Assembly: GCA_963786955.1 (NCBI GenBank)
Contig: CAWBAT010000005.1
Coordinates: 1,568,001-1,632,000, forward strand
Direction of reading: 5' to 3'
Length of the DNA: 64,000 nucleotides
Source: an uncultured Acidimicrobiia bacterium
GTDB taxonomy: Bacteria > Acidobacteriota > Terriglobia > Versatilivoradales > Versatilivoraceae
Positions 41,324 through 52,372 of this stretch are shown here, piece by piece. Positions within the stretch are counted from its first letter, which is position 1. The number at the start of each line of letters is the position of its first letter. A program made the position numbers and the translations under genes. A model generated the notes under the pieces. The model searched no databases. It had not been told where the DNA came from and was given only the letters and a program-made list of their open reading frames with translations.

Positions 41324-41996
41324 TTACTCCGCACCGTCGCTCAGGACCACGCTGAGGAGGCCACTATGGACCTTCAGCCCGCCGTTGTCGCTGTAGTCGA
41401 TAAAGCCCAGCTTCCTGAACTTATTCATGAAATGACTGACCCGCGACCGGGTGGTGCCGACCATTTGCGCCAAGTGGTCCTGATTGACGCTGGGAAGTAC
41501 TGTTTCTGCTCTGCTTTCCTTGCCAAAATGTGCCAGCAGTAAGAGCATCCGAGCCAGACGCTTCTCACTGGAGTTGAAAAGCTGGTCGACGAGATCCGCT
41601 TCGAATCGGATGTTGCGCGAGAGCAGATGGATGACGAACAATTCCGAGAATGTCGTGCTGTTCGTGCAGCATGCGCGCCATCAGCGGCTTTTCAATCCTG
41701 GCCAGAGTGCAATCGGTCATGGCGGTGGCCGTCGCGATGCGCAACGGCTGGCCTGCCAGGCAGCCCTCGCCGAAGAAGTCACCGTCGCCCAGAATGGCGA
41801 CGATCGCTTCCTTGCCTTGTTGGGATGTCACCGCGAGCTTCACCTTGCCTCGTCGGAGGTAAAACACGGAATCCGCAGGTTCTCCTTGCCAGAAGATGGT
41901 GCGGTTCGCGCCATATTCTAAAACGGTTTTTCCGCGGGAGATTCCAGCTAGGAAAGGTTCCCAATCGACAGGCTTAATCTTCTTATTATTTGCCAT
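41324..41996 (-). pseudogene. Crp/Fnr family regulator with a 1-bp frameshift near 41650 (possible sequencing error)
   Basis: ORFs 41565-41996 and 41324-41641 together align colinearly with the intact paralog at 58772-59455. Confidence 0.85.
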
Positions 41997-42321
41997 AAGG
42001 CCCTTTGTCTACACTATACCTGCGGCAACTTCATTCTTCAAGCGCTATCGAGTGAAACTCTCCAGAAATGAGGCACGAATCCTTGGAAAGGTCTGAAAGG
42101 TGCCGAGTCCGAATGCTCGCTTCCGAAATGCTGCAATAATCAGGTGAAACGATCACAATTTTGAGTTGTGGGTATTTTTTGTAGTAGGTGACTTCGTTTT
42201 AGGAGGGTTCACCTAAATTTCCATAGGAAATTTGCCTCTTTGCATGAGGCAAGCCGTAAACTGATAATACGATTTCCCGTAAATACTCCAAGCGGTTAGC
42301 TAGCAGAATTGGAAAACGGGA

Positions 42322-42801
42322 CTAAGCGCTTCTGTACCGTTCCAGTGCGTTATTTACAATTCTCCGAAGTTCTTTTTTATCCAGAGGCTTGGCTAAGTAA
42401 TCATAGGCACCGCGTTGGAGGAACTCTATCCACAAATCCACATCGGCTAACCAGGAAATGCATATGACCTGCGTTTTAGGCGAGTTGTACTTAACAAATG
42501 CGATCAGTTCAAAGAATCTTTCAACAGGGCGAAAGACGTCAATCAAGGCAGCCGCAATTGGAGATTTCTCAACAAAGACTCTTTCAAGCTGATCTGGGGA
42601 ATCTTCAAACAACAGGTAGTGAGATTTCACGTTCAAAATTTCAGAGACGGCTTCTCGAACCTGGGGCTCTGCGTCGACGACTAAAACACTGGATAGACAC
42701 TGCGTCTCAACGAAATTCAACATGGTCTTGGCACTCATTAAAGCCTCTAAGATTGTTATTGATGTTGAGGGCCGCAGACAAACTAGAGTTGAATGATTCA
42801 A
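42322..42801 (-). CDS. Single-domain response regulator (receiver)
   Basis: VLVVDAE, ALIDV, GAYDYLAKP; start uncertain. Confidence 0.75.
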   Translation of the reverse strand: MNHSTLVCLRPSTSITILEALMSAKTMLNFVETQCLSSVLVVDAEPQVREAVSEILNVKSHYLLFEDSPDQLERVFVEKSPIAAALIDVFRPVERFFELIAFVKYNSPKTQVICISWLADVDLWIEFLQRGAYDYLAKPLDKKELRRIVNNALERYRSA

Positions 42802-42822
42802 CTAATGACAAACGTGCCTTGT

Positions 42823-43299
42823 TTATTGAGAACCCCGTGATATCAAGCCTTGGTTGGCCACGGCAGTGGTCAGGTTAATTTGGTGCTGCAGTTCATCGAG
42901 CAGAATCTCACCGATTTGCTCGGCCACGGCGTGCTGTCCTAATGCTTCACACTGACGAATACGTTCCTTGTACTGGCAAATGTTTTCATTCACGCTTTCA
43001 AGCATGAGACGTAGCATTTCCTCGAAGTTGTCGGATGTCCCCACCAGTTGAGATTGGATCTCTGACATTCCCCCCAGGGAATGGATCTCGTTGGCCATCA
43101 TGAGCGCATGCCGGAGCTCTTCTCGCACCTTTCTCCCAAGAACTTTAGCAATGTCTCTTTGGCCGGCTCCCTTGACCATCTGGGAGTAAGTTGCATAAAT
43201 CTTGATTGCCAGATACTGGCGAGAGAGATCCTCGTTCAACAGGTCAATTAACTTGCTCAGAGAGATTTCCGGTGCAGCAGGCTGTTGTTTGTTTCCCAT
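42823..43299 (-). CDS. Ferritin-like/bacterioferritin-like protein
   Basis: LIDLLNEDLSRQYLAI, EELRHA, Y.ERIRQCE, ILLDELQH. Confidence 0.8.
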   Translation of the reverse strand: MGNKQQPAAPEISLSKLIDLLNEDLSRQYLAIKIYATYSQMVKGAGQRDIAKVLGRKVREELRHALMMANEIHSLGGMSEIQSQLVGTSDNFEEMLRLMLESVNENICQYKERIRQCEALGQHAVAEQIGEILLDELQHQINLTTAVANQGLISRGSQ

Positions 43300-43375
43300 T
43301 TATCCTCTTGAACTTTTTCATCAGAAAGTCGATCGATTAATTACTGGACGCCAAAGTATTTCGCGACGCCATTCT

Positions 43376-43678
43376 TCAGCCCAAGGGAAGAAACTTTTCG
43401 TGAGTCTCTCTTTCTCGTTGTTTGAGGTCTTCTCCCGGTTTGACATAATCGTAGTATGTTGAGCCCCAACCTTGATGTTGCACATCCTTCCGAGTCCTGC
43501 ACAGGTCCAACGATAACTGACTTCTGGAATTTCTCTTTTCATCATTTCTCGAACACAAAGCACAACACATAAAGCAAAAGGCCCCATTAGCTAATTCTAA
43601 GACTGCCAAGATTGTCGCTCCTTCGCGTAGCCATTGATTCCGGGTCTTCTTATCGAGGCTTCCAATTTGTTCAAACAT
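43376..43678 (-). CDS. Hypothetical protein
   Basis: 100-aa ORF with AGGAG RBS directly downstream of the conserved promoter; may be degraded. Confidence 0.35.
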   Translation of the reverse strand: MFEQIGSLDKKTRNQWLREGATILAVLELANGAFCFMCCALCSRNDEKRNSRSQLSLDLCRTRKDVQHQGWGSTYYDYVKPGEDLKQRERETHEKFLPLG

Positions 43679-43736
43679 TTGGCCAATCTCCTCTTAGTCA
43701 ATCGCAAGATCTCCTCCTGCGATCGTAACAGACGGG

Positions 43737-43800
43737 ATTATCACTTCGACGAATGCGCGTGTCAGTTCAATATTGAACACAAGGCCGATCAATATTGCTC
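43737..43800 (-). promoter_or_regulatory. Tandem Crp/Fnr-like sites with promoter (ferritin-like/receiver unit)
   Basis: Perfect palindrome GTTCAATATTGAAC plus GATCA-ATAT-TGCTC 22 bp away; CTGACA-17-GATAAT. Confidence 0.75.
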
Positions 43801-44155
43801 TTCATAGATTAAGAGGGAGAAGCTCATGGAGGAGTGAGGGGCCTCGGGCGTAAACCGGAGGCCCGGTGGGACAATTTAGGTGGGATTATTGGAGGATCGA
43901 TACTTGTAGCGGGGTCGCCCTGCGCCGAGCGCAGGCGATTTTTGAGGAAGGTTTCCGGCGCAAATCCGAAACGCAGCGCTTACGATGAACTCATGCTTGT
44001 TGTCCGAACACTTTTAACATTCAATGATGTAGAGCTCGCGGACGAGTTGAAGGTGTCCTCTATATGAATCCACTCTCCGCCGAGCCATCCTCTGGCTGGA
44101 CGGAAAATAAAGAAACCCCAGAGTCGTGGCGGTCCGTGATCGCCACGACGGAGGA

Positions 44156-45762
44156 CTACCGCAGAAGCTTCGCTCCGACCCTCAAACCGGCGGCCCGAGT
44201 TCCGATCACATCCCCCGATACGACCAACTCCACTCGACGATTCTGCTGCCGGCCGGCCGCTGTATCATTGGTGGCCACCGCTTGGCTTTCTCCGAATCCA
44301 CGAGAGGCAATAGAAGAGCTATCAATGCCTTCGTGAACGAGGAAATCGCGAACTGCATTGGCGCGGTCTTCGGACAAGTGCTGGTTATAGTCGTCAGCTC
44401 CGACGCTGTCCGTATGGCCTTCGACTTCAAGTTTCAAGCTGGGATACGCCAGAACGATCCCAGAGAGCTTGGCCAACTTTTCACGAGCCACTGGCCTGAG
44501 AGTGTACTTCCCCGTGTCGAAGAGGACGTCGGACAAATTGACGATAAGGCCGCGAGTGGTGTCACGGGTTTCCAGAACGTTGTTGAGCTGTTCCGCCAGT
44601 TTGTTGCGCAACTCCTGTTTCTCCCTTTCGGATTGCTCGGCGGCGGCCTTGCGTGCCTGCTCGGATTGTGCCAGCGCTGCTTGCTTATCCCGCTCCGATT
44701 GCGCTAGCGCGGTCTCCTTCTCGCGTGCGGCACGCAGGGCCGCAAGCTCTGCCTCCATCTTGGTGCGTTCGGCGAGTGCTTTTGAGCCGCGTTGTCTGCG
44801 TTGGCCCGGTCGGTCGCCGCATTGGCGCGGTCGGTGGCCGCGTTAGCCTGTGATTCGCGGTCCGCTGCAGCCGAGCGTTCCTGCGCAAGGCGGTCTTCTT
44901 CCTCGTGTTTGAGTGTAATCAGGCGGGCATCTTCAGCTGTCTGGACGGCCTCGCGAGCAGCCATGGCAATCGCTTTGGATCCTGCTTTTCTCGTCTTGTG
45001 GTTCTCCGCTTGTTCGAGAAGCTGGCTGGCTTTCTGGAAGGTTTCGGCAGCAGAAACGTCGGCGCCCGTCCATTGCGCGATTCGCACCGCGTTTCGTGCT
45101 TCGTAAAGATCCAGCGGCGTTTTCTTGTCCAATATCATCGGCCGCAGATCAGCCGGCAGGACATTGATGGTGTACTGACCTCGTTGCAAGAGTTCGTATT
45201 TCGCATCAATCTCTTCAACTTTTCCGACCGTGTCTTTTCTGATGAAGTTTTCCATCACAACAGCGTCGCTAGGCTGGCTGACTGCAAAATAGGGTTCAGC
45301 AGTCACAATGAGCCCGAATGCCTGAAGCTCGGTTGTGACATTGAGCTTGCTCTTCGTTCCGTTCAAGATGATCTCACCCAGATTGGTCGCTCGACCCTCA
45401 GGAGTAATGGCCCACATGACGTAGGTGAGAAACTCAGGGCCGAACCGAGTTGCAGATTGCAGGTCGTCGAATTCGACCTCAATTTCAATATATCCCTGCT
45501 TGCTCTCCACTTTAGCTTCGCCTCGGGCTGCCGGCATTAAGGGCGTGCCGCGAAAGTCGATTTTCGTCGCTCCGCTTCGATGTCGATAATTGATGGCTGT
45601 TGCCTTCCGCTCTACCACATTAATGGTGATTTTGTAGATCGGATTCTGACCGCCCTGTTGGACTTGCAGCTGGCTTGCCGTGTTCGGGTTCTGTGCCGCG
45701 TTTACCGGAATAACAACAGCCAGTAATGATGCGATCGCAAAAATCATCTTAACTTTTCTCAT
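44156..45762 (-). CDS. OmpA family protein with long coiled coil; frameshifted near 44780
   Basis: N part ([18 protein letters not shown]) and C part ([29 protein letters not shown]) join by adding one base to an A run. Confidence 0.85.
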
Positions 45763-46155
45763 TTTTGACCTCTCAGTCTTATAATTACCTTAATCGTGCT
45801 GATATTTCCCGCTACTTGCCGACGCGCGTTCATTGTCATCGCAGCGTCTGATTCGCCTTGATCGATTGGTGCTGGGAATCTCGAACCATCCTCTGCCGCA
45901 CCCGGTCAAGCATCTCCAGTTACTCACGGATGGAATGGTTGGCTTAATCTTTTGCCAGTACTTCGACCCACTTCACATTGGATGATTGCGCTCAACAGAC
46001 AGAATCTTTAATCGTTTCTGTCCGCCTGCTTGTTGCTGGCTCGTGCTCTCTTCGCGCGATTGAACTCTGCACTCACCCATTTGCTTTAATCTATTTTGTC
46101 CACTCGACTAAATTGCACTTGGGCACCCTATTTGCTCCAATGGAAACCACGCCCG

Positions 46156-46392
46156 CTACTTAAGGCTTTCAGCGCGGATCTCTCGCTCGGTTTCCTTCAG
46201 AGCACGAGACCACTCCTCGGCCTGCCTTTCAGCTTCTGCCTTCGCTATTCCGTATCGCTCCTGAATCCGCCCGACGAGTTGATCCTTTTTCCCGGCTACC
46301 TTCTGCCAGTCATCATCAGTGAGTTTCCCCCAGCGCTCCCGGGCAGAGCCAGTAAACTGTTTCCATTTGCCTTCGATTTGATCCCAATTCAT
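46156..46392 (-). CDS. CsbD family stress protein
   Basis: MNWDQIEGKWKQF.G...E.WGKLTDDD..AGKKDQLVGRIQERYG. Confidence 0.93.
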   Translation of the reverse strand: MNWDQIEGKWKQFTGSARERWGKLTDDDWQKVAGKKDQLVGRIQERYGIAKAEAERQAEEWSRALKETEREIRAESLK

Positions 46393-46477
46393 GGCTTATC
46401 TCCTTTCAAGAATGTGTTACTCGGAAAAATCCAATTTATTCCTCAGAAATGCGAAGTGAAGATTGGGAATGAGATTC

Positions 46478-48628
46478 TCATTTCCAGTCCACTTGGATCT
46501 CGTAATCGTCAGCACCGCCTTTGTCATCCAAGATTTTGATAATGGCTATGAAATTGTTGGATTGGTTGGGTTGCTCAATGACAGACACTTCACCACGGCC
46601 ATTGAGTTTATTCACAGACACTCTGACTTCCGCTCGCGGCAGCGGGTTGGAAAAATTGACTTGCTCGTTGACAGTCGGCGCCCCGTCCCTCTCGATCGAT
46701 CTCACTCGGTTGCCTTGAATGGTCAGTTCGACGTAGGCGTCCACTCGACCTCTCCAGGTCATCCTGCCAGGACCACGGGTAGTAGATTGGTTAGCCCCTA
46801 ATCTGCTGTAAGAAGAGGTGTTCCCTGACTGCACACTGAACTGAGTACAGCATCTGCTGGAACGCACTGTCGTAGCTCTGGAAATCGCGCTCCGGGGCGG
46901 TGAACACGAGGAACAGCAGGCCTTCAGGACGCTGCAGGGTGACCAGCCAATCGGTCTCGCGACCTCCCAGCGGCGAGTCGTTTGAGAAGTAGGTGGACAG
47001 AGCGGGCTGTCCATCGACTTGGATGCCCTCACGGTTGCGAATGATTCGCATCTTTTGATTGGAGAGGCGGAGCTCTTGAACCAGCCGGTCGGTGGCTGCT
47101 TGCAGGGACATTCCGGAAGTCTGCCCGTAGCCTTCGGGCTGCAAACGCTGCTGGTTAGGATTGTCAACCTGAGGCTCATAAATATTCACGAGGGCCCCGG
47201 TAGCCAGGGCTTGATTGCCGTTCCCGTCGTCCACCAGGCCACCGCGCGGCGCGATAGTAACCGCGTCGCCCTGCCCGTAGGTCTGCCAGTTGTCGGGGTA
47301 CTCGATGCGCAAAACGGAGTTCTTAAAAGACTTCACACTGGTTGGATGGCGACTCGGCTGGTGTGCTGCTGCCCGCCGCGGTTTCCGTCTGCTGTTGGGC
47401 GGTGGGAATGGAAATCCGCTGACTCCTCTTGGACAACGGCGTCGTGGGTTCTGCCAGCCCATTGATAGCGGATTCGAAGCGTCTTGTCCTCATTTACGAT
47501 GGGGTCGCCACCCATCGAGGTGTTAGTCACCTGCAAGTTTAGCCGGTCGTTCTGCACGCGTGATTGAAGCAACTGGCGGACATCGACGAATCGGTCTTTG
47601 GCGCCGTAGCTCGCGGCCAGGATCTGTAATCCAGTGGTGCTGCTCCCCGTGCGAGTGCCGCTGCCAGTGTTCGCTTGCACACTTTGCGCACTACCTTTAG
47701 CCGGAGGCGCCGGACGTGACAGAACGTACCGTTTGATGTCCTGGAACTGCTGGGGAATCCGTCTTGGCACCGCGCTGGCGAACCGCCGAGATTCTCTATT
47801 TCCTGGTCCACGCGCTCAAGGCGATTGTCCGGGTTGGGGTGGTCGCTGAAGAATTCTACTGGGTTCTTGCCCTTGCTTAGCTGCCTGGAGTTTTTCAAAG
47901 AACTGAGCCATGGCCCGCGGGTCGTAGCCGGAATCGTACAGGATTTGCGTGCCCATGATGTCGGCCTGGGTTTCATCCGTGCGCGAATACTTCAGCAGGA
48001 TGGAATTCACCGTGAAGCCCGCGCCGAGCTGTGCCAGGGCGGCCCCCGTGGAGTTGCTGCCCAGCAAGCCGCCCAGGATCGACAACGGCAACTGCGCGGC
48101 CGAGGCTTTGCTCGCTTGGTTGGTGCCGTGGCGCAGCGCCACGTGAGAGGTTTCATGCGCTATCACGCCAGCCAGTTGCGCTTCATCGTCGGCAGCTTCA
48201 ATCAAGCCGCGGTTGATGTAGACGGGCCCGCCGGGCAGTGCGAAAGCATTGATCGCCCGGTCGTTGACGGCCTTGTACGTGTATGGGAATTTATAGCCGG
48301 GCGCATGCGCCGAAAGCCGTTGGCCCAGGTCATTTAAATAGTTGTCCACCCGCGATCGTTCATCATGAGGATTTGCTTCTCGGCGTCGCACTGATACCTG
48401 CTGGCCCACTTCGACGTCCTGCTGCGGCGAAAACATGTTCCAGCCAGGTTTCAGCGCCGTGCGATCATCGGCCCAGGCCAGCGGCGAAAATACCAAGGTG
48501 TAACCAGCACCCCTGCCTGTAGCAGGCCTTGAGCGACCATGGCCGACCCTACCGTCAAAGCGAACCACTCGATTTTTCTTGTCCATTTCTGCCTCCCTCA
48601 AACTTAAAGTGATTTTGAAACGTTTCAA
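46478..48628 (-). pseudogene. M48 family Zn metallopeptidase with C-terminal accessory domains; multiply frameshifted
   Basis: NAFALPGG, HETSH (HExxH), YSR..E.QAD, FFSDHPNP spread over five overlapping ORFs. Confidence 0.8.
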
Positions 48629-48703
48629 TGATGAGAGACTCCATCTGACGACCCGTCGTGTTACAACGTTCTCTCAAACAGATCCCCATACAGTGATTCC
48701 TGG

Positions 48704-48929
48704 CTATGATTTTTGCCTCGCGCCAGAGACCAGCAAAGCAACCCCTCCAACCAACACTAGTCCTCCGAGTACTGGAGGAAGGGGAATTCGCTCGTGAGTC
48801 TCTGCCGTGGCATGAATGGGTCCGACTATCAAATACCTTTTCTTCACGGGTGTAGTTGATCCCTTGATAGGCAAGAGCCAACGTACCCAGTACAACCAAC
48901 AGGATTCCAACCAAAATGATAGGTTTCAT
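48704..48929 (-). CDS. DUF3185-like small membrane protein; frameshifted near 48828
   Basis: MKPIILVGILLVVLGTLALAYQGINYTREEKV joined to GPIHATAETHERIPLPPVLGGLVLVGGVALLV. Confidence 0.75.
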
Positions 48930-49017
48930 GCTCTTTCGTCTCCGCTTTTAATGATGGGTTGATCTTCTTTAACTTCTGCCTCTCACCAGATCTGGCTGGC
49001 ATCTCAAGGCTTGTTCC

Positions 49018-49082
49018 TTTATACCCGGAAGGAATTTGCGTGTCAGTTCAGTACGGCTCACACGTTTGGTCAAAATTGCTCA
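49018..49082 (-). promoter_or_regulatory. Tandem Crp/Fnr-like sites with promoter (DUF3185-M48-CsbD unit)
   Basis: GTTCA-GTAC-GGCTC and GGTCA-AAAT-TGCTC 22 bp apart; CTGACA-17-TATAAA. Confidence 0.78.
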
Positions 49083-49087
49083 CCCAG

Positions 49088-49176
49088 TCTGAATGAACCA
49101 TGTATTGACTGATGGCAGTTAGTTCATCCGCCAGGAGTTCGTTCAACACCGTCAACAGCTTTTCGTTGCCTTTCAT
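49088..49176 (-). pseudogene. bfr: Truncated bacterioferritin (first ~29 codons)
   Basis: MKGNEKLLTVLNELLADELTAISQYMVHS with RBS; similarity ends abruptly. Confidence 0.8.
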
Positions 49177-50430
49177 TTCTTTTCCCTTTCACGTCGAATG
49201 CACCACAAAAGTTAATAGCAGGATTGCGTGGCCCTACTGGAAGCAAACCGAACAAGGAATATAAGTTGTGCCTAAACCAGGTACTCCTCTAGACAGGAGC
49301 GACGAAAAGAACCTCTTGTTCACGCGCAGGTTCAATCCGAGGAGCAGGTTTTTGAGGGCTTGCTGCTCCAGCGCTGCGCTGCCTTCCACCATGCATTCGT
49401 CGCGGGCTGTTATGTAAGCCTGATTGAAAAAGGCTCGCGAATCGGCGAGCATGGTTGAAAAACCGGCCGGAGTGTTAATACGTTTCGCGTCGCCTAATGG
49501 CGACGAAGTTTTAGACTCGATCAGCGGTGAAAACCCGCTTATCCCGTTCTTGTTCGTCACGTCATTAAACTGGAATATGGCTACCGTGCGTGGGTTGGCT
49601 GAGAATCGGTCATTTCGTATCTGAGGGTCGATCAACTTGTCAGCTCGATTCCGCAGTGAGAGGTGAAAATGCTGTCTGTTTGACTTTCGGTGCGAGTCGC
49701 CAGCCCGGTAAGTCGAGGGTAAAAGACGCCCCCCGCTCCCGGCACTCCCATGTCCTTGAAGAGCGGGGGTGCCACATACTCATCATTCATGCGAAACTTG
49801 TCGGTCTGGTTTTCTTGCTTCTGCCCTACGACTACCGAAGCAATGTTGTTTTGTGGCGATTGTTGGCCATAGGCGGGAAGCCCCCATGTGGCCGACACAA
49901 TAAAACAAGCTAGGGACATTCCACCGAGCTTTCGCGTAATGCTCAAAAAGTCTCTCATCGAATCTCCTTTCTTTTGTATTGCTCGCAATCCCTGAGATCA
50001 AGCCAACGAAAATCCTTTACACAGAAAAACACCCATGATTTATGCCAGCACATTTGCTCCTAAAAAATGCGATGTAAGGATTCGCATTTCTCAACGGTAA
50101 TCGGGTAGTCCACACGGGTGGTCCCGAACTCTACCTTTCGTGAGGGAAGGTCATACTCACCTAACCCCTCTTCAAAACCTGGACGCCCTTTCGACACTCC
50201 TGGTCCAGAAATCGGCACAACTTCAATAATCCCGGGACCTCTACCCGAACCGTTCATCGAAGAAACTCTGTGAGCACTTTCCTGACGATATTTGTTAATT
50301 CTGATTCGCGGATGATTTGAACTCGCCTAAGCCATTAGGCGACCTGTGACTCTTCTTCCAAATCCAGTAACCTTGAGGATCCTTAATTATCTTCGCCCAA
50401 AGGCGATCTTCATCGAGACGAAGATCTGTA

Positions 50431-50583
50431 TCAGTGAGTTTCACCTCTTACCTCCCCAAGGACGGGACTTTTAGCGTTCGCATCGTCTTCCATCAGGGCC
50501 AGCGGAGTCAGCCACAACAAGACCCATAGCGCAATCAGTAGGAGCAGAAAGCCTGCGAGAAAATCTAGCATTTTGCCTTTCAT
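50431..50583 (-). CDS. Small membrane protein
   Basis: MKGKMLDFLAGFLLLLIALWVLLWLTPL, single TM helix. Confidence 0.45.
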   Translation of the reverse strand: MKGKMLDFLAGFLLLLIALWVLLWLTPLALMEDDANAKSPVLGEVRGETH

Positions 50584-50690
50584 TTGAGTTCTCTTCTTGC
50601 AGCGTCCTTGAATGACCCTAGTCAAAACTATGGCGGCCGTTACAAGCAATCAAATGGCTCAGCTCTGTCAGCGGCCGTTAGCCCACGAAT

Positions 50691-51233
50691 TCAAATGTTC
50701 TCCTTCTTGTGGCATCCTAAACATTTTATTGGAGGCACCTTCCCCTTTGCAGATTCAGCCTTGTGGCAGTCGATGCAAGTGCCGGCAGTTGCAGTGGGAT
50801 TATGAAACGCGGCCTGGAGCTTGGTCTTCATGGGCGATATTGCTACCTTGGTGTGGCAGTCCGAGCAGGCCTGTTGCAGTGCAGTGGCAGGCTTTTCCGG
50901 CCTGGACGGGTGGTGGCAAGTTTCGCACTTGACGCTGCGCGCCTCGGAGTGAAGCTTGTGTTCAAATTTCACGGCGCCCAAAGGTGATCCCTTTAGGATG
51001 ACAACATCTTTGGGGAGCGCTTTCGTCGTCTCGGCGGCATCATTTTTCACGGTCGAGGCTTGAAGCACACCAACTGGCGCAGGTTCTTGAAAAGTTGCTT
51101 GCTGCTGCGCAGGTATAGTCTGAGTCGCAGAGTTCTCACTCTTGGTGCTATCCTCAAAGCGCGTTCTGCCGCAGCCAGCCAGCATCTGGCACAAAACAAA
51201 CAGTACGATCGTTGACCGAGATATAATTCTCAT
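50691..51233 (-). CDS. Tetraheme class III (c3-type) cytochrome c lipoprotein
   Basis: LAGC lipobox; V.F.H..H; CETCHH, CSDCH, CIDCH, CLGCH. Confidence 0.88.
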   Translation of the reverse strand: MRIISRSTIVLFVLCQMLAGCGRTRFEDSTKSENSATQTIPAQQQATFQEPAPVGVLQASTVKNDAAETTKALPKDVVILKGSPLGAVKFEHKLHSEARSVKCETCHHPSRPEKPATALQQACSDCHTKVAISPMKTKLQAAFHNPTATAGTCIDCHKAESAKGKVPPIKCLGCHKKENI

Positions 51234-51469
51234 GGCTTTCTCCTCACAACGATTGAAGTGAATCGCTGCTGCTTTGATTGAAACTCACTGAGTGGCCCAA
51301 TCCGCAAGGCGTTGAGCGCGTCGTATTTGCCGCCGGTCTGCCCATTGTCCTGGTAATCGAAAAAACGGAGTTCGCAAAAGGTTTTGCACAGTTTGACAGC
51401 CCCCGGAGGGTGTGCTGCTCCTTCTGGCGGTTTCCGCGGGCCGGGATCGCTACCAGGATGTGTTTACAC

Positions 51470-51670
51470 TTAATTGCCGGGCTCAACATCCAAAACCAGT
51501 TCCTTGGGGACATCCACCTCCCAGCGTCCTTCCAGGCGAAAACGAACGGCATGGCTCGATTCTCTAACCACTTGTCCTCGAAGGGGGATCCGCGACCCCC
51601 CGGTGTCGATCTGCAAAATAACCGAGCGCCCCAACCAAACAGAATAAACATGCGACATGGTTTTCGTCAC
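51470..51670 (-). CDS. Small hypothetical protein
   Basis: 66 aa (WLGRSVILQ..RIPLRG...ES..AVRFR..WEVDVPKELVL.VE); GAGG before the GTG start. Confidence 0.55.
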   Translation of the reverse strand: MTKTMSHVYSVWLGRSVILQIDTGGSRIPLRGQVVRESSHAVRFRLEGRWEVDVPKELVLDVEPGN

Positions 51671-51780
51671 CCTCAGTTGAAGTGTGAAGCCAAAGTAATT
51701 AGTTCCTTACGAATAGAAATCTATGCCCCCGTCCCTTCTTCCCCAATGGAGGCGAGAGGAACAGTAATTTTATTTTTTAC

Positions 51781-51840
51781 TCCCTCTTCTGGGGAGAGGG
51801 GTGAACGCTTGAGAAGCCTTCACAAGGGCGGGTGAGGGGA
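51781..51840. repeat. CCCTCT-GAGAGGG type intergenic repeat
   Basis: CCCTCTTCTGGGGAGAGGGGTGAACGCTTGAGAAGCCTTCACAAG, similar to 58603-58655 and partly to ~41140. Confidence 0.5.
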
Positions 51841-51985
51841 AACGCTGATTAATCAAAAATCTTCAGATGCAGCTTTTACTTTCATGAATAGTTCAGGCTA
51901 GGAGGCGCCTGCCAGGAATGCACTAGCCCATGGCCGCTTGGCCCCGCACACACTTGCAAAACGCAGGTTCAAGGGTCAGCGGGCG

Positions 51986-52072
51986 CTAGCCGCGCCAGCG
52001 TGAGTATCCCCAACCACCACCACCGAGTAAAAACAACACCACGACAATGATAATTAAAGTTTCCGTTGACAT
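51986..52072 (-). CDS. 28-aa membrane micro-protein
   Basis: MSTETLIIIVVVLFLLGGGGWGYSRWRG with GAGGTG RBS; absent from the ORF track. Confidence 0.7.
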   Translation of the reverse strand: MSTETLIIIVVVLFLLGGGGWGYSRWRG

Positions 52073-52165
52073 ATCTCACCTCACTCCTATGTAGAAGGAT
52101 TAACCTACCCGTAAACGTGGAATGATCCAACCTGAAAGCCACCCGTCAATCGCTGGGTTCAGAAG

Positions 52166-52315
52166 CTAAGCCATCGAGCGACGGCCGCTGAGTAGATTGA
52201 AAAGAAACACAACGACCGCGATGACTAGCAGGGCATGAATGAAACCGCCCCCCACATGCATGGAAAAACCCAGCAGCCATAACACAAGTAAAATTCCAAG
52301 GATGGTATACAACAT
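52166..52315 (-). CDS. lmo0937 family small membrane protein
   Basis: MLYTILGILLVLWLLGFSMHVGGGFIHALLVIAVVVFLFNLLSGRRSMA; AAGGAG RBS. Confidence 0.85.
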   Translation of the reverse strand: MLYTILGILLVLWLLGFSMHVGGGFIHALLVIAVVVFLFNLLSGRRSMA

Positions 52316-52372
52316 GATGATTCTCCTTATTCTTATAGTTCTGAATGCGAGAGTGTTGATTTGCCGCGCTTC

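Noticed and set aside
49234-49988. Two ORFs that might be a decayed secreted protein
   Set aside because: Signal-peptide-like start but no family I can identify with confidence
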